Shown one piece after another: positions 29,020 to 38,104 of a stretch of 41,907 nucleotides of DNA (positions are counted from its first letter, which is position 1; every line of letters begins with the position of its first letter). A model generated the notes under the pieces. It was not told the DNA's origin. It saw nothing but the letters and a program-made list of their open reading frames with translations, and searched no databases. The stretch covers positions 1 through 41,907 of the forward strand of contig PCTH01000028.1 of NCBI GenBank assembly GCA_002771475.1. Reading direction: 5' to 3'. The stretch comes from Candidatus Omnitrophica bacterium CG22_combo_CG10-13_8_21_14_all_43_16 (GTDB lineage: Bacteria; Omnitrophota; Gorgyraeia; Gorgyraeales; Gorgyraeaceae). The position numbers and the translations under genes were made by a program.

Positions 29020-29751
29020 TTATTTCTTTTTTTTATTGTTCCTGGGTTCAGGCGGCTTGAATAAAAGCTTCCACGGATGTTGTTTTATATCAAGAATCAT
29101 TTCATCGATATGCTTGTATAATGTATCGTCTGACATAAGCCTTCCGATCGTGCCCTTGCCCTGCTTTGCGTAAGACAGAAAATCCCTCAGATCCCCGCTT
29201 AGCGCCTCCGCGTTGTTAAAGGTATTCTTCAAAGATGTCCTCAAGGCCTCGTCTCCGGCAATCTTGTTTACCGAATCCGTAAGAACGCTTATTTTTTCTA
29301 TAAGCTCTTTCGTGGACCTGGCAAGTTCTTCTGTAGACACGGGGTCATTGCCTCTCAAGGTATCGCCTTTTTGCAAAAGCCTTGTATCCCTGGTGCCCGG
29401 GAATATCTCCAGGTATTTTTCCCCCAGAAGTCCCAGCGTATTTATAGACGCTCTTGCGTTTTCGTTGATCCAGGTATTCTGCGACACCCAGACATTTAAT
29501 CTAACCAAGGGCTTGTTTTCCTTTTCATCAAAATAAACCTTTATGTCCTGCACCTCTCCCACCTGAACCCCTGCATAACGTACCGGCGCGCCCACGCCTA
29601 TGCCGTTCGCAAAGCTGAAGACCACGTTCATGTTATAACCCTGCTTGACGCTGTAAAAATTTCCTATAGAAAATATTATTACGGAAAGTATCACTATGCC
29701 TATGAAAATAAATATGCCTACCTTTAATTCAAAATTCATCCTTGTAAACAT
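29020..29751 (-). CDS. mlaD: MlaD/MCE family protein
   Basis: ELKVGIF TM anchor, GAPVRYAGVQVGEV, GLLGEKYLEI, helical tail GTIGRLMSDDTLY, HPWKLL. Confidence 0.9.
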   Translation of the reverse strand: MFTRMNFELKVGIFIFIGIVILSVIIFSIGNFYSVKQGYNMNVVFSFANGIGVGAPVRYAGVQVGEVQDIKVYFDEKENKPLVRLNVWVSQNTWINENARASINTLGLLGEKYLEIFPGTRDTRLLQKGDTLRGNDPVSTEELARSTKELIEKISVLTDSVNKIAGDEALRTSLKNTFNNAEALSGDLRDFLSYAKQGKGTIGRLMSDDTLYKHIDEMILDIKQHPWKLLFKPPEPRNNKKKK

Positions 29752-29761
29752 TGATACCTCC

Positions 29762-30511
29762 TTATGCGTCTTCTGTTATAGGGCCTTTTGCAGCTCCTGT
29801 TATAAACTGTTTCACTATAGGGTCTTTTGTATTCTTAATATCATCCGGGGTTCCGATAGTTATAATCTTCCCTTTATATAACATCGCAATCCTGTCGGCT
29901 ATTTTGAAAGCGCTGACCATATCATGGGTAACCACTATGGACGTCACGTTCAGTTTATTATTTAAATCTATAATAAGGTCATTTATGGCATCGGCCATTA
30001 TCGGATCCAGCCCGGTGGTAGGCTCATCGTACAGTATGATACCGGGATTATTGCAGATCGCGCGCGCGAGCCCTACTCTTTTTTTCATCCCGCCGCTCAG
30101 CTCAGCCGGCATAAGCTTTTCTATGCCTTTCAACCCTACGAGCTCCAAAGAACCGGCCACCTTTTTCCGGATATCCTCTTCAGGCGTATTCGTGTGCTCT
30201 CTTAAAGTAAAACCCACATTTTCACCCACTGTCATTGAATCAAATAAAGCAGCTCCCTGAAAAAGCATCCCGAAGCTAAGCCTGATCTTATCCATCTCGT
30301 GCTCCTCAAGCCTTGTCATGTCATTCCCGTCTATAATGACCTGGCCGATGTCAGGCTTCATGAGCCCTATTATGTGCTTCAAAAGCACGCTCTTCCCGCA
30401 GCCCGAGCGGCCTATTATAACAATCACCTCTCCTGAATTTATAATCAGATTCAGGTTATCCAGGACTTTTGACCTGGTAAATGCCTTGGAAAGATTTATA
30501 ATTTCTATCAT
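29762..30511 (-). CDS. mlaF: MlaF/Mkl-type ABC transporter ATPase
   Basis: GRSGCGKS, FQGAALFDS, LSGGMKKRVGLARA, YDEPTTGLDP, VTHD; start at ATG 30511 (the longer ORF start lies inside a hairpin). Confidence 0.92.
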   Translation of the reverse strand: MIEIINLSKAFTRSKVLDNLNLIINSGEVIVIIGRSGCGKSVLLKHIIGLMKPDIGQVIIDGNDMTRLEEHEMDKIRLSFGMLFQGAALFDSMTVGENVGFTLREHTNTPEEDIRKKVAGSLELVGLKGIEKLMPAELSGGMKKRVGLARAICNNPGIILYDEPTTGLDPIMADAINDLIIDLNNKLNVTSIVVTHDMVSAFKIADRIAMLYKGKIITIGTPDDIKNTKDPIVKQFITGAAKGPITEDA

Positions 30512-30519
30512 AGCTTTGA

Positions 30520-30544
30520 ATGATGGGAGTGCGGCTCCCATCAT
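30520..30544. repeat. Perfect 10-bp hairpin between ruvB and mlaF
   Basis: ATGATGGGAG-TGCGG-CTCCCATCAT; no U-tract on the sense strand. Confidence 0.6.
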
Positions 30545-30545
30545 A

Positions 30546-31592
30546 TTAGAATAATTCTTTTTGCGATTCCTTCTTATACGCTATCTTCAGATGGTCATAC
30601 GCCAGCTTTGTGACTTCTCTGCCTCTGGGCGTACGCTTCAGAAATCCTATCTTTAATAAAAACGGCTCCACCACATCCACTATGGTGTCGCTCTCTTCAT
30701 TGAGCGTTGCCGCAAGCGATTCTATGCCCACGGGCCCGCCGTCATAAAAATCAATTACAGCCTTCATAACTTTCCTGTCTATATCGTCCAGGCCAGCGGA
30801 GTCTATCCTGTGCGACGCGAGGCCAGCGATAGCAATCTCTTTATCTATTTTTTTATTACCTTTCACTTCGCTGTAATCCCTGACCCTTCTAAGGAGCCTG
30901 TTAGCCACGCGGGGAGTGCCGCGCGAACGTCCGGCAATCTCAATAGCAGCATCTTTATCAAGGGGTATGCTTAAAAGCTCGCTGGACCGCTCTATTATCT
31001 TCACGAGATCCTCTGTCTCATAAAACTCAAGGTGGTAATACATCCCGAATCTGCCGCGCAAAGGAGCGCTCAATAATCCTGCGCGGGTAGTGGCCCCGAT
31101 GAGCGTAAATCTTTTAAGGTTGAATTTTATAGTTTTTGCGTAAGGCCCTTTATCTATAAGAAAATCTATCTGATAGTTTTCCATCGCGGGATATATAAAT
31201 TCCTCCACAACCTTTGAAAGCCTGTGTATCTCGTCTATAAAAAGTATATCGCCCTCTCCGAGATTGGTAAGGATACCTATCAAGTCTCCGGCTCTTTCTA
31301 TTGCAGGGCCTGAGGTGGCTGTAATCTTAGAGCCCATCTCGCGGCTTATTATATGGGCCAGGGTTGTCTTGCCTAAACCCGGAGGCCCTGAAAGCAAAAT
31401 ATGCTCAAGGCCCTCTTTTCTTTTTTTGGCTGCCTTTATCGCTATATTTACATTATCAATCACATGTTTCTGGCCTACGAAATGTTTCAAGCTGTCAGGC
31501 CTGAGAGATATATTAAATACAGTCTCTTCTTCTGCTTCCTGACCGGTAATCAAGCGCTCGCGGTCGTCATTTATTTTATTCTTTTCAGACAT
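30546..31592 (-). CDS. ruvB: Holliday junction branch migration helicase RuvB
   Basis: LRP, GPPGLGKTT, FIDEIHRL, GATTRAG, SRGTPRVANRLLRRVRD, GGPVG, RTPRGR. Confidence 0.97.
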   Translation of the reverse strand: MSEKNKINDDRERLITGQEAEEETVFNISLRPDSLKHFVGQKHVIDNVNIAIKAAKKRKEGLEHILLSGPPGLGKTTLAHIISREMGSKITATSGPAIERAGDLIGILTNLGEGDILFIDEIHRLSKVVEEFIYPAMENYQIDFLIDKGPYAKTIKFNLKRFTLIGATTRAGLLSAPLRGRFGMYYHLEFYETEDLVKIIERSSELLSIPLDKDAAIEIAGRSRGTPRVANRLLRRVRDYSEVKGNKKIDKEIAIAGLASHRIDSAGLDDIDRKVMKAVIDFYDGGPVGIESLAATLNEESDTIVDVVEPFLLKIGFLKRTPRGREVTKLAYDHLKIAYKKESQKELF

Positions 31593-31606
31593 AACTCACC
31601 TTCTTT

Positions 31607-31660
31607 ATACATTCGCCCCGATAAATCGGGGCTCAGTATTCCGCCCAAGGAACCTTGGGC
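31607..31660. repeat. Two tandem hairpins between ruvA and ruvB; the first is a minimal family A unit
   Basis: ATAC-A-TTCG-CCCCGAT-AA-ATCGGGG-CTCA-GTAT followed by GCCCAAGG-AA-CCTTGGGC. Confidence 0.7.
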
Positions 31661-31661
31661 T

Positions 31662-32291
31662 TCATTTTTTGCTTTTCTGCTTATATACTTCATTCAATAA
31701 ATCTTCCGCTGTTTCTATATCCTGATTGCGCTTCAATGCCTCGTCAAGCATGTTCTTGGCTTCGAATTTTTTATACTGAAGCTGCAATAAAACGCCCATT
31801 GCCTCTTCCTGTATATCGCGTTTTCCCGTAAAAGCCTTAGCCCCGGTTCTGGTATCCTGTATAAGCCCGAATTTTCCCACCTTGCCCTGAAGTTTAGCCA
31901 CGATCTCCCTGGCTCTTTGCTCCCCGATACCCGGTAAAGACTTTAAGAACGGGACATCTGCCATATCAATCGCCCTGGCAATCATGGATATGGGCATCTT
32001 CAGCGCCCTCACAGCAGCCTTGGGCCCTATGCCGGAAACTGTTATAAACTTTTCAAAAAATTCTTTTTCTATTTCATTCAAAAAACCTATCAGGCACTGA
32101 AACCCCTTGGATGGCTCCAGCTGAAAATAATGAAATGTTATAAGGGAAATAGAGCCGTCGGGTTTCGCGCTATCCCCCAGGCACTGCATCACAGCTCCCG
32201 GGATAAACACTTCATAGCATATCCCGTTCACATCCAGCACTACTGAATCCTCTTTTTTCTCTACCAATTTACCTGAAATCCTGCAAATCAT
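31662..32291 (-). CDS. ruvA: Holliday junction DNA-binding protein RuvA
   Basis: MICRISG, VNGICYEV, VSGIGPKAA and LPGIGEQRA HhH motifs; SD GGAGA before ATG 32291. Confidence 0.94.
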   Translation of the reverse strand: MICRISGKLVEKKEDSVVLDVNGICYEVFIPGAVMQCLGDSAKPDGSISLITFHYFQLEPSKGFQCLIGFLNEIEKEFFEKFITVSGIGPKAAVRALKMPISMIARAIDMADVPFLKSLPGIGEQRAREIVAKLQGKVGKFGLIQDTRTGAKAFTGKRDIQEEAMGVLLQLQYKKFEAKNMLDEALKRNQDIETAEDLLNEVYKQKSKK

Positions 32292-32769
32292 TTCTATGTC
32301 TCCATATATTGGCATGCGTGATAGCCAGGGCCAAAGCGTCTGTGACGTCAAACGGCTCAGGCGGTTTTTTTAGGCCAAGTAAACTCGCAACAGTCCTCTG
32401 CATCTGTTCCTTTGAAGCCCTGCCGCGTCCGGTAATAGCTTTTTTTATTTTCGTAACAGGGTAATTCACGAGCGAAACATTTTGATGTTCCACGGCAAGG
32501 CATATCGCGCCCCTGGCATGGCCCATCAGTATGGAGGTTTTCGGGTGTTTGTAATGCGAGTAAAGCTCTTCCAGCACCACTGCCTCCGGGTTTGTGTCTT
32601 TTATCAAACCAATAACTTTTTTATAAATACTTGCCAGCCGCTTTTCCATCCTGTCTTTTGCGTTAGACCTGATAATACCGGCTTCCATCAGCCTGACATT
32701 AGCCCCGCATGAATCTATAAGCCCGTAACCCGTAATCCCGAGACCCGGGTCTATCCCTAATATTCTCAT
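32269..32769 (-). CDS. ruvC: Holliday junction resolvase RuvC
   Basis: ILGIDPG, VVLEE, MGHARG, IKKAITGRGRASKEQ, DVTDALALA; start ATG 32769 (ATGA overlap with mlaE). Confidence 0.95.
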   Translation of the reverse strand: MRILGIDPGLGITGYGLIDSCGANVRLMEAGIIRSNAKDRMEKRLASIYKKVIGLIKDTNPEAVVLEELYSHYKHPKTSILMGHARGAICLAVEHQNVSLVNYPVTKIKKAITGRGRASKEQMQRTVASLLGLKKPPEPFDVTDALALAITHANIWRHRNDLQDFR

Positions 32770-33548
32770 GGAAATATAAAATAAAACAACGCGGTAAAAA
32801 GACAATCAGCCGCAATTATTAAAATAAACGATATAACGACAGAGCGCGTCGTGGCTTTTCCCACGCCCTCAGCCCCGCCTTCTGCGTTAAACCCTTCATA
32901 GCACGAAACTATACATATAATAACAGCAAATATAAATGACTTAAAAAGCCCCGTGAATAAATCCTTGAACGCCAGCGTATCGAAAGTCATTTTCCAATAT
33001 ATCGTAGAGCCTATCAGAAGCTTATAAACACCTATTACGTAACCGCCTATAATACCTACGAAGTCAGCGTAAACCGTAAGCAAGGGAAGCATGATGCATA
33101 ACGCGAGAAATCTCGGCACAACAAGATATTTTACAGGGTTTGCCGCAAGGGTCCTCAGGGCGTCTATCTGCTCGCTCACTTTCATTGTCCCTAGTTCCGC
33201 GGTGATGCTGGCCCCGACCCTTCCTGCAATCACAAGCGCTGTTAAAACAGGCCCGAGTTCCCTCAGCATGGAAAGCGCGACAAGGCTTGATATGTACATC
33301 TGCGCGTTCATCTTTGTCAGCTGATACGCGCTTTGAAGCGCCAGCACCATGCCTGTAAAAAACGCCACCAGAAAAACTATGGGAAAACTCATGACGCCTA
33401 TCTTATGCATCTGGATAACCCACTCTTTTCTTCTGAAAGGCCGGACAAATACCTGGAAGATGGTGCCGACCATCAGATTAAACGTGCCTCCTATGTAAAC
33501 AAAAAAATCCAGGGCTTTTTTCCCAAGGTTTTTTATCCACTCTTTCAT
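32766..33548 (-). CDS. mlaE: MlaE family ABC transporter permease
   Basis: RELGPVLTAL, GRVGASITAELGTMKVSEQIDAL, YLVVPR, GGAEGVGKATT. Confidence 0.94.
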   Translation of the reverse strand: MKEWIKNLGKKALDFFVYIGGTFNLMVGTIFQVFVRPFRRKEWVIQMHKIGVMSFPIVFLVAFFTGMVLALQSAYQLTKMNAQMYISSLVALSMLRELGPVLTALVIAGRVGASITAELGTMKVSEQIDALRTLAANPVKYLVVPRFLALCIMLPLLTVYADFVGIIGGYVIGVYKLLIGSTIYWKMTFDTLAFKDLFTGLFKSFIFAVIICIVSCYEGFNAEGGAEGVGKATTRSVVISFILIIAADCLFTALFYFIFP

Positions 33549-33557
33549 GAACGCTCC

Positions 33558-34553
33558 TTAAAATCTTTTTTTGTGCTCTACGCCGAAAAACTCTTCATTC
33601 TCTTTTAATTTCATCTGAAATAACTGGCCGTTATCCAGCTTGTATTCCAGGCTCATCTCGTCCGCATTGTCCCTTTTCTGGTAAGGCAATAATTCTTCCT
33701 TCGCGAATGTCCTGAATCCCACTGACACCTTCTCGCCTATCTCCTTTACCATCTTAATGCTGTCAGAACCATATCTGCTGATATCCCACCCGTCCCAGAC
33801 TATGGTCTTCATATCAGATTTTAATTTCAGATAATCCAGCAGATTGGAATCTGCCACGCTCCTCAGGTCTATATAGCCTTCCATAGTAAAAGTAGCCTGC
33901 GCCTGCCTGATCCTGGAATCCACTATGCTTATTATAGGCCCTGCTCCGCGGATCCTTACATCAGCGGAATCATACCAGATAGGTCCTATCTTCCCGGATC
34001 TAGAGCCTATAAAACCGCTTGACCGGAGATTGGCAAGCGGGCCTTCTATATTAAAAAGCCCGCTCATTATTCCTGTCACCACTTCAGGCCTTTTGGCCTT
34101 TGTCATCAAGGCGATATCCCTGAGATTCGCCCTGAGTATTTCAAAGGATGCGTTTGTTTCAAAAGGCTCTTTTAAGCCTATAGTCCCTTTCAGGCGGTAA
34201 GACTCTCCGAAGTTCATGGAATAAACCTTAAGCTTATCTTTTGTAAGCTTAAAAAATATCTTCAGCTCCGGCAAGGCGCTTGAATTCATCATCAAGTTGC
34301 CGGAATAAATTTTCCCGGTCAAGCCGTTATCTTTCAGCACCCTGGCTTTTAAGATAATATTTCCTGAAAGCGCAGCGCCCTTAATATCCAGCTTGTCTAT
34401 CTTTAATTCCGAAACCAGGCTTTTATTGTCAAAAAAATAAAAATTCAGAGAAATTGCCTTGTCGAGGCCGAAATCCAGAGCGGGCGCAGCAATAGCAGTA
34501 AAAAAAACCAACGCCGCCGCTAACGCCGCTATTGCAAATTTACGTTTTATCAT
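33558..34553 (-). CDS. Hypothetical exported beta-rich protein (possibly AsmA/TamB-like)
   Basis: Signal peptide, repeated Gly-punctuated beta-strand pattern (LSGNIILKA, LKGTIGL, MSGLFNIEGP, MEGYIDL), C-terminal Phe; overlaps the clpC stop. Family assignment is uncertain. Confidence 0.65.
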   Translation of the reverse strand: MIKRKFAIAALAAALVFFTAIAAPALDFGLDKAISLNFYFFDNKSLVSELKIDKLDIKGAALSGNIILKARVLKDNGLTGKIYSGNLMMNSSALPELKIFFKLTKDKLKVYSMNFGESYRLKGTIGLKEPFETNASFEILRANLRDIALMTKAKRPEVVTGIMSGLFNIEGPLANLRSSGFIGSRSGKIGPIWYDSADVRIRGAGPIISIVDSRIRQAQATFTMEGYIDLRSVADSNLLDYLKLKSDMKTIVWDGWDISRYGSDSIKMVKEIGEKVSVGFRTFAKEELLPYQKRDNADEMSLEYKLDNGQLFQMKLKENEEFFGVEHKKRF

Positions 34554-37024
34554 TTAAACACAAGTTTCCCGTTTTCCGCAACCACATTCACAGGTTTGTC
34601 TTTTACAAGGCGTTTTGAAATAATCTCTTCGGCTAATGGGTCTTCCAGAAATCTCTGTATGGTGCGTTTCAAAGGCCTTGCCCCGAAAATAGGGTCAAAG
34701 CCCTGTTCTATCAGAAGATCTTTGGCTGACTGGTCAAGGTTTATATCCACAGACTGCTCTTTTAACCTGGCCTTCACCTCTTCCATTTCTATTTCTATAA
34801 TTTTGTAAAGGTCATCCTTTGTAAGCGGATGGAATACTATGGTGTCATCGATCCTGTTTAAAAATTCCGGCTTGAAGGTTTTCTTGACCTGCTCCAGAAG
34901 CCTTTCCTTCGTATCATTGTAAGTAACTTCTTTGGCTTCTGATTTAAAACCAAGCGAACCCTGTTTCCTGAATATATCCGCCCCCACATTCGACGTCATG
35001 ATAAGTATGGTATTTCTGAAATCCACTTTTCTGCCGAAGCTGTCTGTCAGGCGCCCGTCTTCCAAAACCTGAAGCAGTATATTAAATACATCAGGATGCG
35101 CCTTTTCTATCTCGTCCAAAAGCACCACTGAATAAGGCCTGCGCCTTACTTTTTCCGTAAGCTGTCCGCCTTCTTCATAGCCCACGTACCCGGGAGGAGC
35201 GCCTACAAGCCTTGACACGTTAAATTTTTCCATGTATTCAGACATATCCAGTTGTATAAGGGCATTCTCATCGCCGAACATAAATTCCGCAAGCACTTTT
35301 CCCAGATGGGTCTTGCCTACGCCCGTAGGCCCGAGGAATATAAAAGAGCCTATAGGCCTCTTCGGATTCTTTATGCCTGCGCGCGAACGCCTGACTGCGT
35401 GGGCAATAGCGGTTATGGCCTCGTCCTGTCCTATGATCCTATTGTGCAGCTCCTCTTCCATCTTCATAAGCCTCTCAGACTCTTTTTCTTCAAGCCTGAA
35501 GATAGGTATGCCTGTCCATTTTGAAACTATATTGGCAATCATCTCCTCGTCAACCCTGGGCCGCGCCTCCATCCTGGCTTTTTTCCATTCTTCGCGCGTC
35601 TTGTCCAGCTTTGTACGAGCTTTTTTCTCTTCGTCCCTGAGATTGGCGGCCTTTTCAAAATCCTGGTTTTTTATCGCAGAATCTTTTTCTTTATGGATAT
35701 TCTCTATGTCGCTCTCCATGTCTTTTATTTCTTTTGGGGCAGTCATTATGGAAAGTCTGGCCTTTGCGCCTGCTTCGTCTATGAGGTCTATCGCCTTGTC
35801 AGGCAAAAATCTTCCCGCTATATATCTGTCTGAAAATTTCGCAGCAGCCTCCACGGCGGAATCCGTAATCTCAACCCTGTGATGAGCCTCATATCTATCC
35901 CTGAGGCCTTTTAATATTCCGATTGTCTCATCCACGCTGGGCGGGTCTACCATGATTGTCTGAAAACGCCTTTCGAGCGCAGCGTCTTTTTCTATATGCT
36001 TTCTGTATTCATCAAGGGTTGTGGCGCCTATGCATTGTATCTCGCCTCTTGAAAGAGCCGGTTTCAATATATTAGAGGCGTCTATGGCGCCTTCTGCGCC
36101 GCCTGCGCCTACCAGCGTATGCAATTCATCAATAAAAATCATCACGTTTTCAGACCTTTTTATCTCATCCATAACAGCTTTTATTCTCTCTTCAAACTGG
36201 CCCCTGTATTTCGTGCCTGCCACCATGAGCGCCAGGTCAAGGATTATCACCTTTTTATCTTTTAATATCTCAGGCACATCGCCTTTTACTATCTTCTGCG
36301 CAAGGCCCTCCACTATCGCTGTCTTGCCTACCCCTGCCTCGCCTAAAAGAACAGGATTATTTTTTGTGCGCCTTGAAAGTATCTGGATAACCCTCTCTAT
36401 CTCGTTCTCCCTGCCTATGACAGGATCTAATTTATTGTCGCGCGCAAGCTGGGTCAGGTTTCTGCCAAATGCGTCAAGCGCAGGAGTTTTAGAGCCGGAT
36501 CTCTGCTGTCCCGGAGCGTGCCCGGCTGCGCCTTGTCCAGGGCCAGAGCCCTGGCCTTGCTGAGGAGCGTTGAAACCGGGCTGTATATTGGATCCTAAAA
36601 GTTCCGCTATCTCTTCCCTGACCTTATTCAGGTCGAGCCCGAGATTTATCAATACCTGGGACGCAACGCCTTCGCCTTCTCTTATAAGGCCCAGTAAAAT
36701 ATGTTCTGTGCCTATATAATTATGACCCAGAGACCTTGCCTCTTCGCTGGAAAGCTCTATGACTTTTTTAGCCGTGGGCGTAAACGGTATATCGCCGGAA
36801 ACAACCATAGGCGGTCCGGGTTTTACAATCTTTTCTATTTCCATGCGTATCTGCTGCAGGTTCAACCCCATTTTCTGGAGAACTACCGCAGCCACGCCCT
36901 CGCCTTCTCTTATAAGCCCGAGCAATATATGCTCGGTACCTATATAATCGTGGTTAAACCTTTTTGCCTCTTCTTTTGCAAGCAATATTACTTTCCTGGC
37001 ACGTTCCGTAAACCTGTTGAACAT
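34550..37024 (-). CDS. clpC: ATP-dependent Clp protease ATPase ClpC
   Basis: Double Clp-N repeats (HDYIGTEHILLGL), two AAA+ modules (GEAGVGKT, GPTGVGKT), UVR middle domain, LGF loop; follows mcsA-mcsB. Confidence 0.96.
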   Translation of the reverse strand: MFNRFTERARKVILLAKEEAKRFNHDYIGTEHILLGLIREGEGVAAVVLQKMGLNLQQIRMEIEKIVKPGPPMVVSGDIPFTPTAKKVIELSSEEARSLGHNYIGTEHILLGLIREGEGVASQVLINLGLDLNKVREEIAELLGSNIQPGFNAPQQGQGSGPGQGAAGHAPGQQRSGSKTPALDAFGRNLTQLARDNKLDPVIGRENEIERVIQILSRRTKNNPVLLGEAGVGKTAIVEGLAQKIVKGDVPEILKDKKVIILDLALMVAGTKYRGQFEERIKAVMDEIKRSENVMIFIDELHTLVGAGGAEGAIDASNILKPALSRGEIQCIGATTLDEYRKHIEKDAALERRFQTIMVDPPSVDETIGILKGLRDRYEAHHRVEITDSAVEAAAKFSDRYIAGRFLPDKAIDLIDEAGAKARLSIMTAPKEIKDMESDIENIHKEKDSAIKNQDFEKAANLRDEEKKARTKLDKTREEWKKARMEARPRVDEEMIANIVSKWTGIPIFRLEEKESERLMKMEEELHNRIIGQDEAITAIAHAVRRSRAGIKNPKRPIGSFIFLGPTGVGKTHLGKVLAEFMFGDENALIQLDMSEYMEKFNVSRLVGAPPGYVGYEEGGQLTEKVRRRPYSVVLLDEIEKAHPDVFNILLQVLEDGRLTDSFGRKVDFRNTILIMTSNVGADIFRKQGSLGFKSEAKEVTYNDTKERLLEQVKKTFKPEFLNRIDDTIVFHPLTKDDLYKIIEIEMEEVKARLKEQSVDINLDQSAKDLLIEQGFDPIFGARPLKRTIQRFLEDPLAEEIISKRLVKDKPVNVVAENGKLVFK

Positions 37025-37043
37025 AACTCACTCCTCCTGTCTA

Positions 37044-38093
37044 TTATTTCCCCAATTTTTCCCTGATGATCTCCGCCCTCTTGACATCCCTCTGATTCGG
37101 GCTGAGTTTTTTCTTCTCCAATTTCTGCAAATGAGCCGGCTGGGTTATCACAAAAAGTTCGTTTATAAGCGTCCTGTCCGCCTGCTTAATGACCCCCAAA
37201 TCAACGCCAAGCCTTGCCAGAGAAAGAAGGTCGATGGTCTCTGTGCTGGTTATTATATGCGCGCTCTTCAGAGTGCCGTATGCCCGCCAAATTCTGTCTT
37301 CCAGGGCTTCTCTATTCTGCGCAAGAAGCGTCTCCCTGGCGCTCTGTTCGTGATCCACTATCTGTTTAATAATCCTGTCTATATTGTCAATTACATCCTC
37401 TTCTTTGTGCCCCAGGGAAACCTGATTTGATATCTGAAAAAAATTACCGCTTGCCTCTGTGCCTTCTCCGTACAGGCCCCGCGCGGTCAGGCTGAGTTTT
37501 GTAATTGCCTGCAGCACCTTCCCGATTTGTTTTGTCATTACAAGCGACGGCAGATGCAGCATTACACTAGCCCTCATGCCCGTGCCTGTGTTTGTCGGAC
37601 AGGCTGTCAGATAACCAAAATCCACGGAATACGCAAAGTCAAGGGAGTTGCCGAGTTCAGTGTCTATATCATTCAATATCTGCCACGCCTCTTTTAAATT
37701 AAAGCCTGATTTCATGACCTGCATGCGTATATGATCCTCTTCGTTTATCATTATGCTGATAACCTCATCCTGGCCCACGCATAACCCTTTATTCTCCGAA
37801 TCCACCATGTGTTCTTTGCTCATAAGATGCCTTTCCACGAGAAACTGCTTATCTATAGGATCAAGTTTTCCTATCTCGAGGAACAATGAATCTTTCAATT
37901 TCTTAATAGAAAGAATACTCTGTCTGGATGTTTCCAGCACAGTCTCCTGCTCTTTTTTGCTGGCCCAATGCGAAAAAGGATAATCAGCAAGGTTTCTCGC
38001 CAGCCTCACGCGCGAAGACATCACTATGTCGCAGACCGGACCCGTGCACCTGATCCACTCGCCTGTATTATTTAAGAGATCGTCTAATGTCAT
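37044..38093 (-). CDS. mcsB: Protein-arginine kinase McsB
   Basis: SSRVRLARN, LVERHL, NEEDH, GYLTACPTNTGTGMRASVMLHLP, RGLYGEG, QISNQ, QPAHLQ. Confidence 0.95.
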   Translation of the reverse strand: MTLDDLLNNTGEWIRCTGPVCDIVMSSRVRLARNLADYPFSHWASKKEQETVLETSRQSILSIKKLKDSLFLEIGKLDPIDKQFLVERHLMSKEHMVDSENKGLCVGQDEVISIMINEEDHIRMQVMKSGFNLKEAWQILNDIDTELGNSLDFAYSVDFGYLTACPTNTGTGMRASVMLHLPSLVMTKQIGKVLQAITKLSLTARGLYGEGTEASGNFFQISNQVSLGHKEEDVIDNIDRIIKQIVDHEQSARETLLAQNREALEDRIWRAYGTLKSAHIITSTETIDLLSLARLGVDLGVIKQADRTLINELFVITQPAHLQKLEKKKLSPNQRDVKRAEIIREKLGK

Positions 38094-38104
38094 AGCCTCT
38101 CCTA

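Noticed and set aside
36490-36590. Gln/Gly-rich stretch in ClpC as an insertion element
   Set aside because: Falls in the normally variable N-domain/D1 linker and shows no DNA-level repeat or palindrome
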